In this document: positions 47,570 through 54,656 of the stretch, piece by piece | Position numbering within the stretch: the first letter of the stretch is position 1 | How the letters are laid out: each line of letters opens with the position of its first letter | Origin: Chloroflexota bacterium | GTDB taxonomy: Bacteria > Chloroflexota > Dehalococcoidia > Lucifugimonadales > UBA3495 | Direction: 5' to 3' | Assembly (NCBI GenBank): GCA_027623675.1 | Contig: JAQBVF010000024.1 | Location: 1 to 54,656, forward strand | Length of the DNA: 54,656 nt | Position numbers and translations under genes: made by a program | The notes under the pieces: generated by a model | What the model saw: the letters and a program-made list of their open reading frames with translations, nothing else | Told to the model about the DNA's origin: nothing | Databases searched by the model: none

Positions 47570-48580
47570 ATGACTAGCGAAAGCAAGCCGAGGGTGTATC
47601 TGGTGGCCACCGGGGGTAGCATCTCGTTCGTGGGGCGCAACCGGACCGATTACACCAACTATAGCTACGACGGCAAACACCTGACCATCGAGGAAATGCT
47701 TGACCGGGTGCCGGAGGTCCACGGGTTTGCCGACGTTCGCGCCGAGCAGTTCTTGAACCTGGGGAGCACTGATGTCACGCCGGACCATTGGTTGGGCCTG
47801 GCCAAGCGGATCAACCAGATATTCCGAGACGACCCCCAGGCGGCGGGCGTGGCGGTGACCCACGGCACGGCGACGCTGGAAGAGACGGCCTACTTCCTAA
47901 ACCTAACGGTTAAGAGCGCCAAGCCGGTGGTCATTACCGGGGCCATGCGCCCACCCACCGGCCTGGGGACCGACTCCGACGTTAATCTGATCGATTGCAT
48001 CAGGGTGGCGGCGGCCCCTCAGTCGGCGGGCCGGGGAGTGCTGACGGTGTTGAACAACCAAGTCCAGGCGGCCAGAGATGTGACCAAGACCAACAGCTAC
48101 CGGCTGGAGACCTTTCAAGCCCCAGATTTCGGGTTCTTGGGTTACGCCGACTCGGACGAGGAAGTGGTCTTCTACCGCCGCCCGGACCGGGCGCACACGG
48201 TTGATTCGGAGTTTGATGTTTCTGGCGTTGACCGGCTGCCCAGGGTGGACATTGCGCCCGCGTATGCCGGCGCCGACGGACTGGTGATCAAGGCCCTGGC
48301 CCAAGCGGGCGTGGACGGCCTGGTGGCCGCCGGGTTGGGCAGCGGCGGTTCGCCACCACCGTTCATGGCGGCCCTCAAGGAAGTATCGGAGGCCGGCCTC
48401 CCGGTGGTGATCGCCACCCATACAGGCAGCGGTCGGGTTATGCTCACCCGCCGCTTCACCGAGGACGGCTACATCGTGGCGGACAACCTGACCCCCAAGA
48501 AGGCCCGCATCCTGCTCATGCTAGCCCTAACGGCCACCGAGGACAAATCAGAGATCCAGCGCATGATGCTGCGGTATTGA
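47570..48580 (+). CDS. Asparaginase/glutaminase family amidohydrolase
   Basis: ATGGSIS, THGTATLEETAYFL, TGAMRP, ARDVTKT, L.P.KARILL.LAL. Confidence 0.88.
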   Translation: MTSESKPRVYLVATGGSISFVGRNRTDYTNYSYDGKHLTIEEMLDRVPEVHGFADVRAEQFLNLGSTDVTPDHWLGLAKRINQIFRDDPQAAGVAVTHGTATLEETAYFLNLTVKSAKPVVITGAMRPPTGLGTDSDVNLIDCIRVAAAPQSAGRGVLTVLNNQVQAARDVTKTNSYRLETFQAPDFGFLGYADSDEEVVFYRRPDRAHTVDSEFDVSGVDRLPRVDIAPAYAGADGLVIKALAQAGVDGLVAAGLGSGGSPPPFMAALKEVSEAGLPVVIATHTGSGRVMLTRRFTEDGYIVADNLTPKKARILLMLALTATEDKSEIQRMMLRY

Positions 48581-48687
48581 GGCGTGGCTCACGCGTGACC
48601 TTTCCAGGGCCCCGCGCGTGGTGGGCCGGTCGAACCACGTTTACGGGACAAGCCAACCCTGTCCCCGCCATGAAATTGACTGACGCA

Positions 48688-48714
48688 GTCCTTCGACAGG
48701 CCCAGGATGAGCGG
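48688..48714 (+). repeat. REP-like repeat, copy 3
   Basis: GTCCTTCGACAGGCCCAGGATGAGCGG. Confidence 0.75.
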
Positions 48715-48803
48715 GTCGGGGTCAAGTACTTGTTACCACGAGCGTGATGCCAAAGACGCTTGCTTTTAATGGCCGAACGAGATTCGAATGGGTGAATAAA
48801 CAA

Positions 48804-48830
48804 GAAGGGCCACGATAAGTGGCCCTTCTT
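48804..48830. terminator. Hairpin between convergent genes
   Basis: GAAGGGCCAC-GATAA-GTGGCCCTTC. Confidence 0.65.
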
Positions 48831-48876
48831 GTAGTTCGCGGACTACCGGTTGTTCCCTTACTCGGGAGCCGCCCGT

Positions 48877-50112
48877 CTAGGCGCGGTCGGGGGCGCCTTC
48901 GATCTCGTGGTAAAGATCGTCTTCGGAGATGACGTTGTTCTTCTTCATGGCTGCGATCTCTTCGGGCGAGTATCCCAAGATGCCGGAGAGGACCTCGTCG
49001 TTGTGCTGGCCGACCTTGGGGGTGACGCCGATGTTCACCGGTGTGCGGGAGAAGTGCCAGTAGTCTCCCGATACGGCAATGGTCCCGGCCAGGAAGTCGT
49101 CCACCTCGACCATGGCGCGGCGCTCCCAGGGATGGGGGTCGGCCTCGGCCATTGGGATGTCGTTCACCGGGGCGGCGACAACGTCGTGCTCGGTGAAGTG
49201 GGCGATGGCCTGCTCCATGGTCATGGTCATCAGCAATTCGTGCAAGGCCTCGTTCACGATGGCGGCGTTCTTGGCCCGCTCGGGGCGGGTATTGAACCTC
49301 GGGTCCTCCAGCCACTCGGGCTTGCCCAGGGCGTTGCAGACCCGGTACCAGTGGTGCTGGTCGCCGGCGGAAAGCAGTACCCAGCCCTCTTTGCATTCGT
49401 AGATGCCCGATGGCGGAGCCGAGGAGTTGGAGTCGCCGCGCTTGGGTTTGATCCCGGAACCGTGGTAGGCCGTGATGGGAATCTCGGTCATGGAATAGCC
49501 GGTGTCGGCCAGGCAGACGTCCATGGACTGGCCTTCTCCGGAAATCTCCCTCTCGTGCAGTGCGGCCAAGCACCCGATGGCGGCGTGGAGGGAGGTGATG
49601 CGGTCGATGATGGGCACGCCGGTGCGGATGGGAGGCATGCCATCGTCGCCGGTGAGCATGGTGATTCCCGACATGGTCTGACCGATGGGGTCGTAGCCGA
49701 TCTGGTCTTTGTAGGGACCGAACTGGCCGTAGGCGGACACGTTGACCATGATGATGCGGGGGTTGAGTTTCTTGAGTTCCTCATAGCCGAAGCCCATCTT
49801 CTCGATGGTGCCGGGCCGGAAGTTCTGGACCAGGACATCGGAGACTTTGATCAGCTTGCGAAGCGCCTCCTTGCCCTCTTCCTTGCGAAGGTCCATGGCC
49901 AGGGACTTCTTGCCCGAGTTGTACTGGACCCAGTAGGATGACTGCTTCTTGACCCAGGGGCCGTGGTAGCGGGTTTCCTCTCCGCCCAATCGCTCAACCT
50001 TGATGACCTCAGCGCCCATGCGGGCCAGCACTTGGGCACAACGGGGGCCGGCCTGATGGCGCCCCAAGTCGATGACGCGGACATTCTCCAGAGGATGGTT
50101 CATTGCAGCCAT
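48877..50112 (-). CDS. Class III (CaiB/BaiF) CoA transferase
   Basis: PLENVRVIDL, NSGKKS, QNFRPG, GYD, catalytic PIID, GEGQ, PKVGQHN. Confidence 0.9.
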   Translation of the reverse strand: MAAMNHPLENVRVIDLGRHQAGPRCAQVLARMGAEVIKVERLGGEETRYHGPWVKKQSSYWVQYNSGKKSLAMDLRKEEGKEALRKLIKVSDVLVQNFRPGTIEKMGFGYEELKKLNPRIIMVNVSAYGQFGPYKDQIGYDPIGQTMSGITMLTGDDGMPPIRTGVPIIDRITSLHAAIGCLAALHEREISGEGQSMDVCLADTGYSMTEIPITAYHGSGIKPKRGDSNSSAPPSGIYECKEGWVLLSAGDQHHWYRVCNALGKPEWLEDPRFNTRPERAKNAAIVNEALHELLMTMTMEQAIAHFTEHDVVAAPVNDIPMAEADPHPWERRAMVEVDDFLAGTIAVSGDYWHFSRTPVNIGVTPKVGQHNDEVLSGILGYSPEEIAAMKKNNVISEDDLYHEIEGAPDRA

Positions 50113-50359
50113 GTGGGAAAGACCCCCTTCAGGTTTTCAGAATTTCTGATCGTGCGCCCGGGCCCGCTGATGTATTAGAACGCGGGAATCCGGACGCCGA
50201 GATACGTCTAGTCCAAGTTTTCAGGATGGGGGCAATTGTAAGACCGGTTCTGAGAAAGAGCAAGATGTGGGAAGGGCTCGGTCTGAGGACGCAGGTAGGA
50301 AGGCGGGTCTGTGGCAGTGATGTGGAGCGGATGGGTGGGTGTTGGGTTGAACGAATACG

Positions 50360-50390
50360 AGCGGCCCGGACCGGTCCGGTCCGGGCCGCT
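50360..50390. terminator. GC-rich hairpin downstream of the small Zn-ribbon gene
   Basis: AGCGGCCCGGACCG-GTC-CGGTCCGGGCCGCT. Confidence 0.6.
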
Positions 50391-50404
50391 TTCCTGTCAG
50401 GCGT

Positions 50405-50611
50405 TCAGGCTGCGATTTCGGTCAGCACCCTGATGGGTTCATCTGACCGCAGCACGTGGACTTTGCCGAAGGGGTGCTCCGATCTGATCTTGTCTTCTTC
50501 TTCGACCGTCAGGTAGTGTCCGCACTGGAGGCAGTCGATGTAATTTCCATAGATGTCGGCGTTGTCGTACAGGTCTCCGAAACACCGGGGACAGCTCTTT
50601 AGCCAGAACAT
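50405..50611 (-). CDS. Small zinc-ribbon protein
   Basis: CPRC.GDL...CLQCG; SD GAGGAGG. Confidence 0.75.
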   Translation of the reverse strand: MFWLKSCPRCFGDLYDNADIYGNYIDCLQCGHYLTVEEEDKIRSEHPFGKVHVLRSDEPIRVLTEIAA

Positions 50612-50794
50612 TATTAGACCTCCTCGAGCGAATCAACGCCGATCAACCATTCACGGGACCGTTTTGCATGGCTTGGGGTGGAGTTGGCGGCCTGGCCCCA
50701 ATAATCATTGATCCCATTGCGTTGAAACCACACTACATGACCAAGAATTACGTCTGAGTTACTGTGTGTTCCAGGGGAGTATTTCCGGCATTAT

Positions 50795-51667
50795 CTAGTG
50801 GCCGTGACCTCCGTTCTCTTCGTGCTCTTCTTCGTGGGCCGTGCCCGTGAGTTCCTCCAACTCGTGGGCGGCGTCGCTAAGACTGCCCGATGCCAGAAGC
50901 CCTTGAATCTCCGCCACCTGGCTTGCCGCCGCCGGGTCGTCGCCGAGCCGGGCCATAAGGTGGTCCAGTTGGTGTTGGGCGCCCTCGATGTCATCGATCA
51001 AGATCGAAGACCGGGCCAGGCTGGCGTGCATCGCGGAAGGGGTTAGGTCCTCCACTTGGACCCCGGCCAGCATGTTTTCAACGATGTGGGCCGCTTCGTG
51101 TAATTCCCCTTCCTCGGCGAGTTTCTTGGCCTCTTTCATCTGAGACAAATGCTGCCCGGTCACCTGGCCGATGATGTGATCTATATGGTGGACCGCCTCA
51201 TCGCCGGAGTCCTCCTCCAACGCGAATAGAACCATCCAATGGTGTTGGGCCAGCATCTCTCCTGGGTTGGACTCGCTCATGTGAGCATGTTCCCCGGCCA
51301 GGGTTTCTACGTAGTCGGCGATCTGGGCGAGCTCTTCGTTGGAGACCACCGACGGCGGGAACACCGGCATCAGGCCCAAAGGCGCCCTGACCTGACGCCT
51401 CACCTGGCCGCCGGTATGCCCGGATAATGCCGGAGCGATGCCTGTGCCTTCTCCGTTGGCCCCGTGGCAGGCCGCGCAGCCTTTGGCGGTGAAGAGTTGT
51501 TGTCCTTCAGATGTATTGGCCGCCGTATCGGCCACCGGTTGACCACTGGGTGCGGCTGACGCCGGGGACTCATTCGGCGACGCGTCTCCATAGCCCCCGC
51601 AGGCTGCCAGAAGCAAAACGATACCGGCCGTCAGGCCCGAAAGCCCCATGAGCTTCATGGTGTACAC
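50795..51667 (-). CDS. Mono-haem cytochrome c lipoprotein with a His-rich helical C-terminal domain
   Basis: Lipobox LAAC, CAACHG, APAL, MPVF distal Met; His-rich repeats and tail. Confidence 0.82.
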   Translation of the reverse strand: MYTMKLMGLSGLTAGIVLLLAACGGYGDASPNESPASAAPSGQPVADTAANTSEGQQLFTAKGCAACHGANGEGTGIAPALSGHTGGQVRRQVRAPLGLMPVFPPSVVSNEELAQIADYVETLAGEHAHMSESNPGEMLAQHHWMVLFALEEDSGDEAVHHIDHIIGQVTGQHLSQMKEAKKLAEEGELHEAAHIVENMLAGVQVEDLTPSAMHASLARSSILIDDIEGAQHQLDHLMARLGDDPAAASQVAEIQGLLASGSLSDAAHELEELTGTAHEEEHEENGGHGH

Positions 51668-51826
51668 GTTGTCCTTTCACGATTTCGAGCGTCCACCCGC
51701 ATCGTGGCGTGGGTTTCGGTTGGCGGATATTGACTGCCGCCTCGGAGAAGTCCCATGAAGCTCATGGACCCAATCAACCGAACGGTTACTCTTCTTCGGT
51801 AGACCAGCGGCCCGCAAGCCTTTGGG

Positions 51827-52414
51827 TCAGGTCTTCCACCACCGTTGGCGGTCTGCAACCGGTATCTCCAGCAAGATCAGGTCTTGGTAGTTGCCCCAGA
51901 AGTCTTTGATCCGGTTTTCCAGGGTGGCTACCTCCTTGAAACCGACCCGCTCGGCGGCGCAAACGGCTTCCTTCTCTCGCTGGGCCACCAGCTCAAACAC
52001 AACCTTGGTCAGGCCCAGGCTGGCGGCGATGTCGAGTATCTCCCTGATCAGCCGTCCGCCCAGGCCCACTTCCCGGTAAGCAGGGTCGACAACGACTCTG
52101 ACCTCGCCCAGATGGCTCCGGGCTGGGGTGCGGTTCAGATGCAGCGTGGCGTCGGCCACGATGGCATCGCCGGCCACCGCCACGATGGGAATCACCTTGG
52201 CGAGGTCCAGATTGGCGGTCCAGCCTTGGATGACCTTGGCGGAGGCCACGTTCTCCTTCAGGTAATAGCGTTCCTCTTCAGGTATACGCTCGAAGAACTC
52301 CAGGAGGCGCACCTTATCATCCGGGTTGAGGGGGCGGACAGATACTTTGTCTCCATCTCGCAGCACGATGTCTTTCGGATAGGATTCGGCGTTGGGTAGT
52401 CCTCTCATCATCAT
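51827..52414 (-). CDS. GNAT family acetyltransferase
   Basis: LRDG..V.VRPL...D, VVDPAYREVGLG acetyl-CoA motif, ERVGF; SD GGAGGT. Confidence 0.85.
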   Translation of the reverse strand: MMMRGLPNAESYPKDIVLRDGDKVSVRPLNPDDKVRLLEFFERIPEEERYYLKENVASAKVIQGWTANLDLAKVIPIVAVAGDAIVADATLHLNRTPARSHLGEVRVVVDPAYREVGLGGRLIREILDIAASLGLTKVVFELVAQREKEAVCAAERVGFKEVATLENRIKDFWGNYQDLILLEIPVADRQRWWKT

Positions 52415-52527
52415 TACCTCCTGGGCGTCAAATTTTAGCCTTCCTACGCTCCCGGAATGCTTTTGAACGTCTCTCCGTGAGGTCGTATTAGCTTTTTAGG
52501 GGGCTGGAGGGGCGGGCCGGCGGGGCG

Positions 52528-52875
52528 CTACAAAGCGGCCTCGCCGGTCTCGCCGGTGCGGACCTTGATAACCTGGCTGATCGGGTAGATAAATATCTTG
52601 CCGTCTCCGATGTTGCCCGTGCGTGAATGCTCGACGATGGTGTCGATGGCTGTCTGAGTTTTATCGTCGGCCACCACCAATTCAAGCTTAACTTTCGGCA
52701 ACATGTCTATCTCGTAGCGGCCCACGCCCCGTGAACCGCCGGCTGTAACTCCCCGTTGGGCGCCACGCCCGGTGACGTTTACGACGTTTAGACCGATCAG
52801 ACCAGCGGCCGCCAAAGCCTCTTTGACGTCGTTCAATTTCTCCGGTCTGATGATCGCTTCCACCTTGTTCATCAT
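52528..52875 (-). CDS. glnB: P-II family nitrogen regulator
   Basis: KVEAIIRPEKL..VKEAL, LPKVKLELVV, RTGNIGDGKIF, VRTGETG; SD GGAGG before ATG ATG. Confidence 0.92.
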   Translation of the reverse strand: MMNKVEAIIRPEKLNDVKEALAAAGLIGLNVVNVTGRGAQRGVTAGGSRGVGRYEIDMLPKVKLELVVADDKTQTAIDTIVEHSRTGNIGDGKIFIYPISQVIKVRTGETGEAAL

Positions 52876-53100
52876 GCCTCCCGACATGTGTAGAATCTTG
52901 TCGCCTGCGCTCCAATTTCCTTGCTGGACCGGCGGTCTGGAATCTGTCCGGAATCTGTCCAGTAACCCGAGGTTGCGCGGCACGTTTTCAAGCTTGACGA
53001 ATCGAAGAAGAGTTAGCAAGGGCCGTTTGCTGGGTTTCCAACGGCTGACCGGACGATTCGACTGGGCTGGTCGGCGGCCAACGATTGCGAAGGAACCAAA

Positions 53101-53526
53101 TCAAGAATCGGAGCTTTCCGCGACCCTAGAGTCTTCCAGATTATTTCGCCTTTCGGGACCGTGTTTGACTGCCAGGGTGATCCACTTGGCCAACTTGGCG
53201 GTGTCGGCGTCTTTAAGAAGGTAGCCGTTCACCCCTGCCTGGTAAGCTTGTCGCCGTTCGTTAGGGTCCAGGTATGAAGTGAGAATGGCCACCGTTGCCT
53301 GTTTGTCGGCGGCGAGCGCCCTTCGGCACAGGTCTATGCCGTCCGCCCGCTTCATCTTGGTGTCTATCAGCACTACGTCTGGACTGAGGCCGGCGATGTC
53401 ACGTATCGCCTCCTCGCCGTTGCCGGTGGACCCAACCACGTCCATGTTAGCCAGGGACGATAGCCGCCTGGCTAGGATCTCGCGTGCTGGGCGATGTTCG
53501 TCAATCAGAAAGATCCGGATGTTCAT
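53101..53526 (-). CDS. Stand-alone response regulator receiver protein
   Basis: LIDEH, PDVVLID, DGIDL, ILTS, GYLLK; no output domain. Confidence 0.8.
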   Translation of the reverse strand: MNIRIFLIDEHRPAREILARRLSSLANMDVVGSTGNGEEAIRDIAGLSPDVVLIDTKMKRADGIDLCRRALAADKQATVAILTSYLDPNERRQAYQAGVNGYLLKDADTAKLAKWITLAVKHGPERRNNLEDSRVAESSDS

Positions 53527-53699
53527 ATAGTTTTGTTCATGGTCCGAATCCCGGTGGGCTTGGTACCGCCTGCCAAGGATAGATAGGCTTTCGCACATGA
53601 TTGGAAACTTATGTTTCGGCCAATCTCACGATACGTTGGGAGGGCAATAGCCGAGAGTGCCGAATGTAACGCTTCCGGCAGGCCGGTTGGGCATAAAAA

Positions 53700-53732
53700 G
53701 AGGGCCGGATGGTTGAAAACCATCCGGCCCTC
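53700..53732. terminator. Intrinsic terminator of the NarL-type regulator gene
   Basis: GAGGGCCGGATGGTT-GAA-AACCATCCGGCCCTC with a T-tract on the minus strand. Confidence 0.75.
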
Positions 53733-53777
53733 TCAGGAATGCGGTCTGTTTTATGTTTGGCTGTCACGTCGGGATGT

Positions 53778-54437
53778 CTAGGAATTGTATTCCCTTCGGC
53801 CGCGGCGCTCGGCCAGGAATGCCGCCGCTTGGGAACGGCGTGACACTTCAAGCTTGCCCAGGATGTTGCTCACATAGTTCTTGACCGTTTTGTCGCTAAG
53901 ATTTACCTCGCCTGCGATCTCTCGGTTGGTCTGGCCGTCGGCAATCAGTTCCAAGATCCTCTGTTCCTGCTCGGTGAGTTGGGAAAGGACATCCTCGTCC
54001 TTGCCGCGGCGGACCCTTTCCAACACGCTGGCGGTCACATTTGGGTCGAGTAAGGACCGACCCGCGCCCACGCTCCGGATGGCGTCGACAATCTCCTGGG
54101 ACCGAATCTCTTTCAGCAGATAACCGGACGCCCCGGCCATGATGGAGCCCATCACGGCTTCCTCGTCGCTATAAGAGGTGAGCATGAGAACTTTGACGTT
54201 TGCGTTCTCATTGCGGATCTCGCGGCAGGCTTCGATGCCCGAGCCGTCGGGCAGGCGTATGTCCATCACCACCACGTCTGGCATGAATGATCGGGCCTTC
54301 TCCACTGCCTCGGCAACCGTGCCGGCTTCGGCGACCACGGAGAGGTCTTCTTGGCGGGACACCAGCATGGCCAGCCCCTTACGGACTATGTCATGGTCGT
54401 CGACGATCAGTATCTTAAGCTTGTCGTTCGATGCCAT
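53778..54437 (-). CDS. NarL/DevR-type response regulator (REC + LuxR HTH)
   Basis: VDDH, DIRLPDGSG, GASGYLLK, LTEQE..IL, TNREIA, S.KTVKNYVSNIL.KL. Confidence 0.93.
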   Translation of the reverse strand: MASNDKLKILIVDDHDIVRKGLAMLVSRQEDLSVVAEAGTVAEAVEKARSFMPDVVVMDIRLPDGSGIEACREIRNENANVKVLMLTSYSDEEAVMGSIMAGASGYLLKEIRSQEIVDAIRSVGAGRSLLDPNVTASVLERVRRGKDEDVLSQLTEQEQRILELIADGQTNREIAGEVNLSDKTVKNYVSNILGKLEVSRRSQAAAFLAERRGRREYNS

Positions 54438-54656
54438 TGAACTCTCCTTAGATCTTGCGGGTAACCTGGGACTCTTTCCGGTAAACCGGGCCTTGCCGGC
54501 GCGTGGTCTGGCGAATAATCTGCCGGTGTCGCGGCGAGATGACGATATAAGATTACACCAACCGGGGCGGACCGGTGGGTACTGGCATCGGGATGGTTAT
54601 GTCCAACCTCGTGCCGCTGTTCGCGTTGTTCGCGGATCTCAAAGTGCTGTGAACAT

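Noticed and set aside
50612..54656. DosR/DevR boxes defining a hypoxia regulon
   Set aside because: Only GGGAC half-sites; no convincing full palindromes

Overview
High-GC bacterial chromosomal segment. Gene content suggests Chloroflexota, probably Dehalococcoidia/SAR202-like (inference from rplI-dnaB-dnaD-dnaC and PIN/TRAM-ispD-ispF-cysS order plus paralogous class III CoA transferases, Gfo/Idh/MocA oxidoreductases, MaoC pairs and DUF1800/DUF1501). It has about 54 CDS, tRNA-Ile2(CAT) and tRNA-Ser(GGA). Two accessory loci stand out. (1) At 13176-14391, right after a tandem-domain DnaC-like loader, lies a heavily deleted IS1595-family transposase relic not shown in the ORF track. It carries a lower-GC cargo gene with a HEPN-like motif that is fully overlapped by a codon-aligned 307-aa antisense ORF, which has its own SD buried in a hairpin. 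(2) At 39370-44955 a type III restriction-modification system splits ispD from ispF. Between mod and res sits a 353-bp element made only of a GIY-YIG nuclease ORF and two 30-bp inverted repeats that supply its SD, part of its start codon, and its stop codon. A REP-like repeat family with compensatory base changes is dispersed through the window. No CRISPR array, rRNA, integrase or prophage was seen. All family calls come from motif recognition by eye; no database search was run.
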